A stretch of DNA of 64,000 nt from Azolla caroliniana (taxonomy: Eukaryota; Plantae; Polypodiophyta), in contig JBHGNT010000001.1 in assembly GCA_043228905.1 (NCBI GenBank), forward strand, positions 32,240,001 through 32,304,000, in the 5' to 3' direction. The notes under the pieces were generated by a model, which saw only the letters and a program-made list of their open reading frames with translations, made no database searches and had not been told where the DNA came from. How positions within the stretch are numbered: the stretch's first letter is position 1; each line of letters begins with the position of its first letter. The position numbers and the translations under genes were made by a program. This document shows, in pieces, positions 19,783 through 33,299 of this stretch.

Positions 19783-22700
19783 ATGGGGTTCATTAAGATT
19801 TCTGCATCATCCTATAGGAGCGCAAAACTACGATATGCCGGCCTCCTTTTGCAATCATCATCATACAGGCAACAATCATCCCTCTCCTCTTCAAATTCAA
19901 TTCCTTCCAAATATGCAGACTCTTCAGAATCTTTTGTAATAGATTGTGGTCGGCCTCTGTGGAGTCCATCATCGTCGGGGTCTCACTGGATGTCTCGGCG
20001 ATCAGAATGTACTGGGGACATTCGATCACCCTTTTGGTGGTCCCAACAATCCGAATCTACACCTATCCTACGGTCTTTGTGGTTGTCTCAAAGAAGATCT
20101 CTCCATGGAACCACAATCATCAAATCCTCCTCCTCCTCCACCTCGTCATCGAATGAGGCCCCCATCCCCAGGTCTGTTCCCCTCTCAAAGCTCACCGATA
20201 ACTTTCTTGATGGCACAAGTAGTGTGTATTTAGAAGAGCTTCAGAGAGCATGGGAAGCCGATCCAAATAGTGTTGATGAGTCTTGGAACAGTTTCTTCAA
20301 GAATTTCACTGGCCAAGCTTCAACTACTCCGGGGGTATCAGGACAAACCATTCAAGAGAGCATGCGATTATTATTGCTAGTGAGAGCTTATCAAGTGAAT
20401 GGGCACATGAAAGCAAAGCTCGATCCTCTTGGTCTGGACCAACGCTCTATTCCTGCCGATCTCGATCCTGCTCTTTATGGCTTTACTAATGCAGATTTAG
20501 ATCGAGAGTTTTTCCTTGGTGTCTGGAGAATGTCTGGATTTCTTTCGGAGAATCGGCCCATTCAGACACTTCGGGCTATTTTGGCTCGATTAGAGCAAGC
20601 TTATTGTGGGCATATTGGATATGAATACATGCATATTTCGGATAGAGATCAATGCAATTGGCTCCGAGAGAGGATTGAAACCCAAGCTCCGGGAACATAT
20701 AGCCCTGATCGGCAAGCAGTGATTCTTGATCGTTTGATTTGGAGTAGCACGTTTGAGAATTTTTTGGCCCAAAGATGGACAGCAGCCAAAAGATTTGGCT
20801 TAGAAGGGTGTGAAACCTTAGTTCCTGGAATGAAGGAACTTATTGATCGAGCTGCCGACTTAGGTGTCGAAAGCATTGTTATTGGTATGCCTCATAGGGG
20901 AAGATTGAATGTTCTTGCTAATGTGGTTAGGAAACCTCTGAGACATATTTTTAGTGAATTCAGTGGTGGTATAAAGCCAGCCGATGAATTGGGTACTTAC
21001 ACCGGAAGTGGAGATGTGAAATATCACTTAGGTACTTCATATGATCGTCCAACTAGAGGTGGGAAGAGAGTTCATCTCTCTCTTGTTGCAAATCCTAGTC
21101 ATTTGGAAGCAGTAAATCCAGTGGTGATTGGCAAAACACGTGCAAAGCAATACTACACCAAGGATTTGGATAGAATTAAGAATATGGGTGTGCTACTGCA
21201 TGGAGATGGAAGCTTTTCAGGGCAAGGTGTTGTTTATGAAACGCTTCATTTAAGTGACTTACCAAATTATACTACGGGTGGAACTATTCATATTGTGGTC
21301 AACAACCAGGTTGCATTTACCACAGATCCAAAGTCTAGTAGATCGTCACCGTACTGTACAGATGTGGCAAAAGCGCTTAATGTGCCTATATTTCATGTTA
21401 ATGGTGATGATATGGAAGCTGTTGCACATGTATGCGAGCTAGCAGCTGATTGGAGAAACACTTTCCATTCTGATGTTGTGGTGGATATAGTTTGTTATAG
21501 AAGATTTGGCCATAATGAGATCGATGAACCATCTTTCACACAGCCAAAAATGTATCAGGTATCCATTTTATGAGAATGAGATACAGTCTGTGTGTGTGAG
21601 AGAGAGAGATGTATTATACAACTACAAGTCGGATAAAATGACCACCGAATCCAAAGAGCATATTTTGTTTAGAGGGGAAGGGAAAAAATTATGCTTAAAA
21701 GTGGCCGATGAAAGACCCAACAACATTGCAATCATGATTTCACGTCATATCTTATCTGGATAGAAGAACAGAGGGTTGAAGCTAAAATTAGAACGTGATC
21801 TACTAGCAAAATGGAACAGCCACGCTGGTATTATAAACAACAGTGAAAAATACTTCTGAGATTATGAACCAACATAAATCTCAAGAGTACTTATCCTAGA
21901 GGATATTAGAATGGATAAAAATTTGGGATATTAATGTTAAATATTAGAGTTCCACGCTAAAGACTTTTGACAAGCTTAGATGTTCCTACTACAGATTTTC
22001 GTTGATATGCTTCTGTTAGTTCTTTCTCTTTTTTGCTATGCGATTCTCTAGAACCCATGTTCCTCAAAATTTCATGAATAGCAGTATCTAGGAACTACAA
22101 ACTACAATGTACTTACCTTGAAGGATTGATAAGGCTAGCAAATATGTTTTGTTATAGATCAGTGGTGTGCTCAGTGCTATTGTACCCAGTTTACCGTGCA
22201 ATGTCCATCTTGACTTTTCATCTGTTATATGCTCAGTGAATGACAACTGCAGTAACTGAATCAGAGGGATGGAGCAATACCAAAATGTTGGTGATACCAT
22301 GAGGAATGTTCACTTCAGTGTGAGGAGATAGATAACAACAAGGACAATAATTATAATCATACATTGATTGTGCAATGTCGACTGGGTTCTCGGGTACCAT
22401 CTAGCATTAGTAGTTACTCAAGTAGCATTGACATGCTCTCAACTTCCAAACCAGTTGGTTTACTGGTTTCTTGGATACTAATGGCAGCCTGTTGTCCTTT
22501 CTAATCTTGAGTTCGTTTATAGATGCATTTGATTTTGTTCTGAACAGATGTTTTTTAGCATTCTGTACGTTATATCTCATAGACAGCAATTCGTGATATT
22601 CCGTTTTTCTTTACCCTCTTTTGCAACAGTTCAGTAGACTCTAATTAATATAGTTATATAATGGATGCTATACAATCTAAAAAAGATCCTTTTTTGAATT

Positions 22701-25700
22701 GTTTTTCCTTTCTACATAAAATATTCTTTTGAGAACTATCTATTTGCATGCCATCTAATACAAATGGTATTCTTAGTACGTTTTATTCTAAATTGCGGTC
22801 AATCTTAGTCATATTTGTGCTTCTCACAGGTTATTAAGAACCATCCACCGGCTGTTGATATTTACCAAAAGCATTTAATTGAGACTGGTGTAATGACAAA
22901 AGAATCAGTCGATAAGATTCATGACAAAGTCATGTCCATTTTAAATGAAGAATTCAATAACTGTAAAGATTATGTGCCTAAAAGTAGGGATTGGCTTGCA
23001 GCCTTCTGGGCTGGGTTTAAAGGACCAGAACAGCTTTCTCGAGTAAGAAATACGGGGTATATACAACTTGCTAGATTTCATACCATTACACCCAATTGCC
23101 TTGTTAATTACATATGTGCTTTGTATGACGATAGCCATGGTAATATGCATTTCAATCTGTTTGACAGGGTGAAGCCAGAGATACTGAAAAGTGTGGGCAC
23201 ATCCATTACAACTCTGCCACCAGATTTCTATCCCCATAGGACAATTAAAAGATTATATGATCAGCGTGCTCAAATGATACAAACAGGAGAAGGTGTTGAT
23301 TGGGCTACGGCAGAGGCCCTTGCTTTTGGGACACTTCTTGTTGAGGGAAATCACGTTCGGCTTAGTGGGCAGGATGTTGAGAGGGGGACTTTTAGTCATC
23401 GGCATTCTGTTGTCCATGACCAATTGACTGGAGAGAAGTATTGTCCACTTGATCATGTAATCATGAATCAGGTAGATGAAATGTTTACTGTTAGTAACAG
23501 GTAAGGAGTTTTTACAACCCTTATCTTGGCCTCAGAGGAATAAATTAAATTATGCTTAGTTGACACTTTTATGGATGCTTTTGGCTATAATATGAAACAT
23601 AAGTGTAAATTTGGCAATAGACGTTCATAACGTCATCAAATACTTATCCATCATATATTTGCTATTAGGTTTGTTGTAGGTCTATTTGTGTTGCAATATA
23701 TAGCTGTGTCATGACTTTTGGAACGGATTGAATGTAATTGCAGCTCTCTTTCTGAGTTTGGTGTTCTTGGATTTGAGTTGGGCTACTCCATGGAGAATCC
23801 AAATTCCTTGGTTTTATGGGAAGCTCAATTCGGGGACTTTGCAAATGGTGCCCAAGTCATATTTGATCAGTTTTTGAGTTGTGGTGAAGCAAAGTGGCTG
23901 CGACAAGCTGGCCTGGTTGTTTTACTTCCTCATGGTTATGACGGGCAAGGACCAGAGCATTCCAGTGGCCGCATGGAACGTTTCCTGCAAGTAAGTTGAC
24001 CTTGTATTATTATGTCTTTGTGTTCTCATTATGGCTTTTTACAGTTTATTCCTCGAGAAGCATGCATTTTTCTTGGTAATAAAATATCAGTTATGAGATC
24101 GCTATGCATTGTTCACATGCGGATTGTGTTTACACTTTAGTGACCCATACATGTGTGTGAATGATATAGCTTTGGTTTTACTTTGACAAATTCTTATGAA
24201 CCAACCCTCTCAAAGCAAGAAGACAAGATGGAAACCCTGAAATGTGTAGTTAAACCTGCTGAAACAAAGTGTAATTATCTATGGACACATTATTTATTTC
24301 GCTGTTGTTTTGGCAAACCTTATCGTCCATGAATGAATTAAAAATAGAGATATTTCTCTCTTTAACGACCATTCCGTCAAAGGAAGCAAAAATCCAGCAA
24401 ATCGGTTGAAATATTCTCTTTCAAGCTTGCAAAGTTGGTTTTTTGCTATGTTTTCCACCCATGATTTTCTTGGCCTCACATTCACTTGGTTGTATATCAA
24501 TCCTTAAATATCTGGCCAATGCAGCAACCATCCCTATTGATTCTCTAAGGTTATGCATACGCTCATGAGCTCATGGCACCCAAGTCTCATGTCCTCCTAG
24601 CCAGTTTGATTATATAATCTTCTTCTGGAAGCTGATGTTTTTTCTAATAAGTAAATGATTACTATGTATTATATTGCAATGTTTGATAGTAATACCTCTT
24701 TTCTGTTTCAAACATTCTTGCAGATGAGTAATGATAACCCCTTTGTAATACCAGAGATGGATCCATCATTGCGTACGCAGGTCCAAGAATGTAATTGGCA
24801 AGTAGTAAATGTCACGACTCCAGCCAATTATTTCCATGTCCTTCGCCGTCAAGTAAGGCTTCTATGCTCTCTTTTTTTTGTGGGGGGGAAGTGGGGGTGG
24901 GGGTATTTGTCAGCAATTTATCAGAATACCTCTAGTTTCCAAAGTAACCAGAATATATACCCCTAATACCTCTCATTAGTACGCAATGTACTTTACCCAA
25001 CAAGCTGGGCATATTTTGAACTTTTCCCCTTATTTTTTTGATTTTACTCAGTCTATTAGTCTAACAATCTTGTTCGGGAAACGTGGCAGATTCATCGAGA
25101 TTTCCGTAAACCATTGATTGTGATGTCACCAAAGAATCTTCTCCGTCATCCCTCATGCAAGTCCAATCTTTCTGAATTTGATGATGTAGAAGGACACCCT
25201 GGGTTTGACAAGCAAGGAACTCGTTTTAAACGTCTTATCAAAGATCAGAGTCTTCATTCTGATAGAGAAGAGGGCATCCGTAGGCTCATTCTTTGTTCAG
25301 GAAAGGCAAGTTTCTTATGAACTTTTTGAGAGCATATGAATGTAGGTTTACTAAGTGATTTCTTCCTGAGATATAGTGATGCAATGTGTAGGTTTACTAT
25401 GAATTGGAGGAGGAAAGAAATAGGCTCCAATGTAGTGATGTGGCGATCTGCCGCCTCGAACAGTTATGCCCTTTCCCGTATGATCTTATCCAAAGGGAGT
25501 TAAAACGTTACCCCAGTAAGTTTCTCTTTGTCTGTATCTTCTTGCAAAAGCAAAACATCTACGTTTACTCTAAATTCAGATAAGAACATATAGGATACAC
25601 ATACAAAAAGCGTCATGCACAGTAGAGGTATCTCTAGGGGCATTCACCCAGAGCGGCATGTGGTTGTACATATGTAGTGTATGCACAAAAGGTGTTTTGA

Positions 25701-26221
25701 GTGGGCATGAATGACTGTATATATGCACAAAAAACCGGAGTATAAGAGAGTAATTCAGTCATACTCAAAGAGCTATCAGTATGCCCATTGGAAATCATAA
25801 GTGATGTTTTCCTTCACCACCAAATATTAGTAAAAATGAGCAACTTGCGTCTGTAATTGCTACACATACCATATAAACAACACATACAGAAACGAGTAGT
25901 TTGGTCTGAAAAGTTATTGATATTCATGTAGCTTGTTTTATCATTTTGTTTGTTAAGCAATATGCTTTTGGATGGCCAATTGTAGATGCAGAAGTTGTGT
26001 GGTGTCAAGAAGAGCCAATGAACATGGGAGCATGCATGCACGTTGGTCCCCGACTTGCCACTGCAATGCGGGCAGTAAATCGTGGCACATATGAAGATGT
26101 GAAATATGTTGGTCGGCCACCTTCAGCTGCCACCGCAACAGGATTTGCCACTTTGCATGCTGCTCAACAAAAGGAGCTAGTTCAAAAAGCTCTACAATCA
26201 GCCGCTATCAGTCACTATTAG
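19783..26221 (+). CDS. OGDH: Mitochondrial 2-oxoglutarate dehydrogenase E1 subunit; exons 19783-21558, 22830-23056, 23168-23500, 23744-23990, 24724-24852, 25090-25305, 25392-25515, 25986-26221
   Basis: Motifs [102 protein letters not shown]; Ser/Arg-rich presequence; splice phases are consistent. Confidence 0.97.
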
Positions 26222-27942
26222 ATGACACTTGTTACCATTTCAATTGAAGAATGGGAGGTTCAAAACTGAAACTTGTAAAGAATAAAATGAATGATTTGGG
26301 CTATGCTGAATGATTTTCAATACGTCATATTTGATTGCAAATCCCTTCATTTGTGGGAGCTTCTAAATTGAAGCTTCTAGAGAAGAAAATGAATTAAGTG
26401 AATTGCTTGGGCTATTTTCAATGATTGCATTGTTGCATTGAATATTGAGTTGGGGTGACATTTGATCATTTTGTCCACAACTTCACATGAAAGCTTTCAT
26501 TGACCTTTTAGAACTCTGAAAGATTGTAACTTTTTGAACAAGCAGTTAGTGTGGAATGCGAGCAGTAGGAATTAGCGTTGTTCCTATCACTAGTTATGAG
26601 CATTGAACATTGAATGTGGTGAATTTTCAGACGTACAGATCTAACATTGATTTTGTAAGGTTTCTAGAGAAGAGGTTTGATTGAACTTGTGCATGTAAGG
26701 AAACGAAAGGCACATAATGATAACTTGTAGAGAACATTCAGGCTTAATAAAATAGTGGCACCTTTACCTCTAGGTTGTGTTATCATAATGTTTTCATGAT
26801 GATTAATGAAAGACAGCAATATTTAGTACTTGCAAACAGCCATGAGACTCTAATTTTCAACTTTTGGAGTATAGTTTAGAATCAATTGATCATGTAATGT
26901 ACTCTTGTGATCGATTTCAACTTTCAGAGGATGTGTGGAAGTCCCCTGTAGAGGGGGAACACATGGATGTGTGCACATTGTATGCATCACTATAGTAGAC
27001 CATGGCCCATGACAATTAACAAGACGGACTGACTACGAAGAACATATTTAGCCCTCGTCTCATGAAAATGGATCAAAGGGAAGCTACTGACAACAAGATT
27101 ACCTCAACCACAACATATCCTTCTTTGGGCGCTCCCACTTTGGGTGGGCATTTGTGGGTGTGTTTTCTGCTATCAAAGTATGGGGAACAAAGACCAAGAA
27201 TGGGGAACAAGTCAGGGATTAGTAGCAGTACAATCAAATTAATGAGACCGAGAATGGGGAACAAAGACAAGTATTGACACAAGATTTACTTGGTTGTGTT
27301 AAGTTTGTCACGCCACTTCTAATTAAAATGAGTTAACTTCGACGCTTTGGATGGGCCATCCACAGTCATGGCTAGTCCGTGAATAACTCATGAATGTGAA
27401 TAGGGTGTGAACGAATCCCCATGGGTCAAGGAAAGCACAAAGTGTCATAACCACCAAGGATTGAATGATTGAAATGTAGAGGATTATAATCTCCAATTGT
27501 AAAATTCTCTCATAAGTTTGTAGAGCCTTGACACAAGTGGTTACAAATTCACATGAGCAAGGAGCGAGGGTAATGTGGAAACAGTCTTCTGAAAGCCACT
27601 TACAAATTAGCACTGGCTTACATTATCTCACAAATGTGTTCCAAATTTGTATTAGAAAGTTCCATCATGCTTTGCGATCCATCTTCCAGAACTGCTAGCA
27701 ATTGGCTTCAAAAGAGGTTCGAGTCATCCTTGTTTCTCCAATAAATTTTTTGTAGTATCCTTGTATGTAGCTTCATTGTCAGCCTCCATTTCAGAGGAAT
27801 TCAGTTTGCTCCTGAAGCTTCGGAGTAATTTATTTTACATACAAGTTTGCTTAACCTTCTTAGATGAGGCCTGCTCTCTACTTATGCCATCATTGTTACA
27901 CAACCCCCACATGGCTTAAAAATGCCAATGAAGCTCTATTCT

Positions 27943-30525
27943 CTACTTATTCAAGCGTGTTGTTAGCCTGAAAAATCTACCATACAAAGACTTATGAAAT
28001 GGTTCAGTTCGCTTCACCCTTCGAAGCAACACTGAAGCATCATGGAATCTCTGCTTCTTTATGTATGAATCTAAGAGTACTCGGTATGTTGCTTCGGTTG
28101 GCCACACCTTGTTTTTCTTCATGTAATCGATCATATTTAAAGCCTCGGCAAACATCCCATTTGCAGCATAGTTATGTACAAGTATGTTATAGGTAATCTT
28201 GTCAGGCTTGAAACCAGCCCGAACCATTTCAGTGAAAATCCGGGCTGCGTCTTCCATATGGCCATGTTTTGCATATGCTAAAAGCAACGTATTGTATGAG
28301 ACTATGTCAGGCTCAACACCAGCCGATGCCATAGCCATAAGCATCTCTTCAGCTTTTCTGTAAAACCCTTCTTTTCCATACATGGCGATCAGAGAATTGT
28401 ATGAGGCAGCATCGGGCTTTACATTGAATGTAGCCATAGATTCAAAAGTTTCGAGAGCTTTGTCAATGAACCCATTCTTCCCGTAGGCAGAAATCATCAC
28501 ATTATGTGTACTCACATCTATGGTTTCTCCCAGGGCTTGCAATTTCAGATAATCTTCTTTTGCTTCTTCCACCATATTGCACTTGCTATGGGCATGGATC
28601 AAAGCTTTTAAAATAACTCCATCAGGTTCAATCTTACCTGAATATACATCACTTGCTATCCTCTCCACCCCTTTGACATGGCCACCAATTGCATATGCAT
28701 GCAGGAGAGATGAAAAACTATGGTTGTTGGGGTAGCATTTATTATCTTGCATGCATTGGAAAATAAGCTCAGCTTGTCTCCATAAGCCTTCCCGCGCAAC
28801 CGCAGCCAAAAGAGCGTTGTAGGTCGCCTTGTCCGGGCAGCAATCAGTGATAAGCATAGCTTTATACATATCCATAGCCTTTTCAGAAGATCCTAATCGT
28901 CCATATGCCTCAATTAGAATGTTGAAAGTTGCCTTATCGGGTTCATACCCTGCCCGTTTCATATCTTTGAAAACTTGCCTTACTTCAACTTGCATTCCAT
29001 GCCTTGAAACAATCGTGAGCAACGTGTTCCATGTGACCACATCAGGCGTGAACCCGTAATTTCTCATCTCATCCAAAACCTTCATCATCTCTTCAAAGTT
29101 TGATTTCTCTCCAAACATATCAATCAAGGCATTGAAGACCACCACACTTGGAAGGCATTTTGCTTCTTTCATCTTTCCATAGATTCTAAGAGCCTCCTTT
29201 TCCATACCAGCCTTGCAAAAGGCACTCACAAGACTAGTGTAAGTAAATACATCTGCCAAAACATCTTTGGTTTCCATAGTCTCAACAAGGGCAAGAGCTT
29301 CTTTGTAGAGGCCAACTCTTCCATAGGCAGCAATAAGTTCATTATAAGTGATTATATTAGGCGGATGTCCATTTCTCCCCATCTCTTCTAGTATATCCAA
29401 TGCATTCTGATGCCGACCTGACTTACCATATACATCGAGAAGAGCATTATAAGTTACCCGATCAGGTATACATCCAGCTAACTTCATTTCTCGAAAAATC
29501 CATGAAGCTTCATCACAAAGAGACCCATTGATACAAGCACTTATAAGAGTATTATAAGTGTATATATCAGGAGCAATGCCTCGTTCCTTCATTTTATTAA
29601 CAAGTGACTTAGATTTTCCATAAGGCTTTCCTTTCTTGCTATAAAGATCAAGCATTACATTGTAAGTAACAAGGTTTGGCTCGCATCCACCCTCTTCTTG
29701 CATCTTTTTGAATAGCCAAGTTGCCTTATGATACTTTCCACATTGTGAATATGCACTCAAAAGGGCAGTATAAGCATATACATCTAGTAGATATCCATCT
29801 TTTTCAAGCTCATTGAAGAGATTTGATGCAATAACAAGCTGAGATTGTTTACCAAGAATCTTAAGAATGGCAGATAGCATACCTTTTCCTTCATGTTCAA
29901 ATTCGGGACGTTTTCGAGCAAATTCAAATACCTCGAGAGCTTTCTTCCAATCAGAATCAGAATCCGAATCACAATTTTGATCCCGATCTCCCAAGCTTTT
30001 TATGATAATGCGAAGCTCGCCCATGTGAACTCCCTGTTGTGATGGTGGTAATTTCTGTTGCTGTTGTGAAGATTCGCCCAACGACTCCTCTAAAGGTGCT
30101 CCCAAATATTCATCCAAGATTCCTCCCACATCCTCTATTCTGGCTTCACATATTTGTTGGTATACTGACTCTCCTTTGTCTGACAGCTCTCTCAGCCATG
30201 GTTGAGGTTTTCCAAGACGGGTTTTTTTGGAGGTTTTGGGTGGTTTCTGAGCAGATGGGGATTGTTGGTCAATGGCAGGATGAGAGATAAGAGCGTCTCT
30301 CACTATACCAAGTGCTTCTGCAGAAGAAGAAGGAGGAGGGGGAGGGGGAGGGGGAAGAAAATGAAGGGACTGTAGGATGGGGAGGATGCGAGAGAAGCTT
30401 GGGTCGGAGGGTGCAGATTGTTCAGTCTCGGATGGAGGAATCGACGAAATGGGCATGGTAGACGAGGGAAAATCAGAATCTGACGGGCGCAGGGGAGGTG
30501 TGATAAGGAGAGGAAGTTGCGCCAT
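27943..30525 (-). CDS. Intronless P-class pentatricopeptide repeat protein, probably plastid-targeted (resembles Arabidopsis At5g02860)
   Basis: 860-aa ORF with a long array of 35-aa repeats (PDxxTYNxLI..., PNIITYNELI...) and a Pro/Ser-rich N-terminus. Similarity to At5g02860 is from memory. Confidence 0.93.
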   Translation of the reverse strand: MAQLPLLITPPLRPSDSDFPSSTMPISSIPPSETEQSAPSDPSFSRILPILQSLHFLPPPPPPPPSSSAEALGIVRDALISHPAIDQQSPSAQKPPKTSKKTRLGKPQPWLRELSDKGESVYQQICEARIEDVGGILDEYLGAPLEESLGESSQQQQKLPPSQQGVHMGELRIIIKSLGDRDQNCDSDSDSDWKKALEVFEFARKRPEFEHEGKGMLSAILKILGKQSQLVIASNLFNELEKDGYLLDVYAYTALLSAYSQCGKYHKATWLFKKMQEEGGCEPNLVTYNVMLDLYSKKGKPYGKSKSLVNKMKERGIAPDIYTYNTLISACINGSLCDEASWIFREMKLAGCIPDRVTYNALLDVYGKSGRHQNALDILEEMGRNGHPPNIITYNELIAAYGRVGLYKEALALVETMETKDVLADVFTYTSLVSAFCKAGMEKEALRIYGKMKEAKCLPSVVVFNALIDMFGEKSNFEEMMKVLDEMRNYGFTPDVVTWNTLLTIVSRHGMQVEVRQVFKDMKRAGYEPDKATFNILIEAYGRLGSSEKAMDMYKAMLITDCCPDKATYNALLAAVAREGLWRQAELIFQCMQDNKCYPNNHSFSSLLHAYAIGGHVKGVERIASDVYSGKIEPDGVILKALIHAHSKCNMVEEAKEDYLKLQALGETIDVSTHNVMISAYGKNGFIDKALETFESMATFNVKPDAASYNSLIAMYGKEGFYRKAEEMLMAMASAGVEPDIVSYNTLLLAYAKHGHMEDAARIFTEMVRAGFKPDKITYNILVHNYAANGMFAEALNMIDYMKKNKVWPTEATYRVLLDSYIKKQRFHDASVLLRRVKRTEPFHKSLYGRFFRLTTRLNK

Positions 30526-31360
30526 CGCCAGGGCGCAGGGGCCTCAGGCTCTGCTCTCTTCGCAGTTTCAGCCTCTTTGCGGATAGACACACACTGTATA
30601 CATATACTGTATGTATTCCATATATGTATACACACTGTATACATATACATACTGTATGTATTCCATATATGTATACATACTGATACATATATGTATATGT
30701 ATATATATCTATTATCTACACATAAACATATCTATAGAGATTGGTAAGTTATGTCTTAGGATCATCTTATTACCCCTTTGTATAAATAAATGTCTTTCCC
30801 TCCCAAAAACCAACCTCTCGCTCGCTAACCCACATGACGTATTCAGTCATCGCCCTTCTTGGATTAGAGCTAACCTCTCCCTCGTTCATTGGCGTGAATG
30901 GTAAACAGAGAAAACGTGAAGCGGGCAGGGACTATTGGCTAATCCAGGTCTTTCTTGAGATGGATGTGTCAACAAAGTAGTGATATGTAATGATTTACAA
31001 ATTAGTAATATTTGGTGAAAGCAAAGAGGTCTAGCATGTAGTTTAGGAGTAGTTATGCACGGCGCGTCACTATTTGAACTTGTGTTTGGGTTAATGGACA
31101 TATAATATGAGGGCATTTTATGTAAGTGTAGACAATGTATTATTACCTAAAACATGAATTGCTTGTATTATATTTTGAACAACCACTTTACTTGTATAGT
31201 AGTACAAGTGGAAAGAACATCCCATAAACTTCATTGAACTCTAGTGAAGGGGTAAATACATTCCACAATCTTTCGTAGGCTCTTCATGACATTCCATAAT
31301 CTCCGACAAGCCATATTGGGAAGAACATCCCATAATCTTAACCAATTCTTAACTCTAACG

Positions 31361-32200
31361 TTCAACAATGTTTTTACCATGTTACTGCATGTTCCACGAC
31401 ACTAATGTTTTCCACATTATGGATAATTAGGATTTCATGCGATAGGCAAGGCTAATAATAATCCTTGCTAATTACGGGTTTGCAAATGAATGTTTTTTGC
31501 CATGGGGTACATATTTTATGAATTTGAGATTTTGTTGCATTCATTTATTTAAAGTTTTAAGTTGGAAGTGCATATGACCTATTATATATTGAGTTGATGC
31601 TAATTTGTGCTATGTCTCCATATTGTTGTTCTGACAAGTTATTGGTGCACTAATTGTTTGATTGATATTTGCACCATTGATATTCAACAATGTTTTTACC
31701 ATGTTACTGCATGTTCCACGACACTAATATTTTCCACATTATGGATAATTAGGATTTCATGCGATAGGCAAGGTTAATAATAATCCTTGCTAATTACGGG
31801 TTTGCAAATGAATGTTTTTTGCCATGGGGTACATATTTTATGAATTTGAGATTTTGTTGCTGATATTTGCACCATTGATATTCAACAATGTTTTTACCAT
31901 GTTACTGCATGTTCCACGACACTAATATTTTCCACATTATGGATAATTAGGATTTCATGCGATAGGCAAGGTTAATAATAATCCTTGCTAATTACGGGTT
32001 TGCAAATGAATGTTTTTTGCCATGGGGTACATATTTTATGAATTTGAGATTTTGTTGCATTCATTTATTTAAAGTTTAAAGTTGGAAGTGCGTATGACCT
32101 ATTATATATTGAGTTGATGCTAAACTTGTGCTATGTCTCCATATTGTTGTTCCGGCGAGTTATTGGTGCACTAATTGTTTGATTGATATTTGTCCATTGC
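31361..32200. repeat. Tandem duplication of a ~320-bp unit (full, partial, full)
   Basis: TTCAACAATGTTTTTACCATGTTACTGCATG... starts at 31361, 31683 and 31881; the middle copy is truncated at ~31860. Confidence 0.92.
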
Positions 32201-33299
32201 ATTGCTCCATTAAGTATTTGTATCTTTATTGGTGCTAAACTTGTGCTATGTGTCCATATTGTTTTTCCATCGAGTTATTTGCATGCACTTGGTATGGTTT
32301 AAACATCATCCTTAATGGTTGCACAGAGGACCTATAGTTGTCTTTCATACGTATGGCCTCTCCAAACAAAGGTCAAACCTATTCATAAGATTTATATGGT
32401 ATAACTAATTGGTCGCGTGGTCCAAGTATGTTATTCATAAGATTTATGTAGAATAGACTAATGTGTCATTTGTAATACATTATACCATTTCTGCTTGTCA
32501 TTTGTATCATTGTATCATTGAGTTATTTCCTTCAATAGTGAATATGGGATACTGACCTACATTTGTGCCATCCATATATTTCATATTCCCTTAATTTGAT
32601 CACATTCACATAGTGAATACAGCTGTGACGTATTGACCTGCAATTGACTTTGTGCTTGTAAAAGTATTATGTATTATTATGTGGCTATATTTATGTACTG
32701 GTTCTAATGTATATATGCAGGTGTGCTACATATATATGTTTGATGTTGATCCATTTGCTGCTGGGGTACTGTGTATTGAGCTGATCTAAATATACTAGTT
32801 CTAAGGTTGTAAACATGCAGGTGTGCTACATATATGTATGTTTGATGTTTATACATTTACTGCTGAGCTAATATGTATTGAGCCAATCACAATATATTGG
32901 TGCTAAAACAGTACTTGAAGTCTTCTGATGTGTGCTATATATCTACATTTCATGTTTGTCTGCATTGATTACCTACTTCGTATAGAGCTGATCACAAATT
33001 TTAGGTGAAGTATATTGAGTTGCTTGTTATTTCATATGGAACTGTGCTATACACATATTTTCGTCTGTCTATTATTTAGTAATCAGCTACTATGCATTGA
33101 ATTGGTTATTACTTACATACCCTCCTGTGTAAATAGTGTATCATAAACCCTCTCATATGTATCGATCAGGAATCTTAACTGCATTGTAAAGCAATACTAA
33201 CTTGGGCCTTTGCTGGTTTCTATCTCCACATTCAGAATTAAAAGCCTTCTGAGCTAATCATGTTTAACCACTCACAGCATTAGATGAAACATTTCCCTA

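Noticed and set aside
27060-27300. Possible degenerate Tat PBS/LTR remnant with a duplicated 22-mer
   Set aside because: Match to a tRNA-Lys end is poor; no second LTR or TSD found.
31068-33138. Possible CACTA element (CACTATTT...AAATAGTG)
   Set aside because: Only 8 bp of inverted match and no 3-bp TSD (CGT vs TAT).
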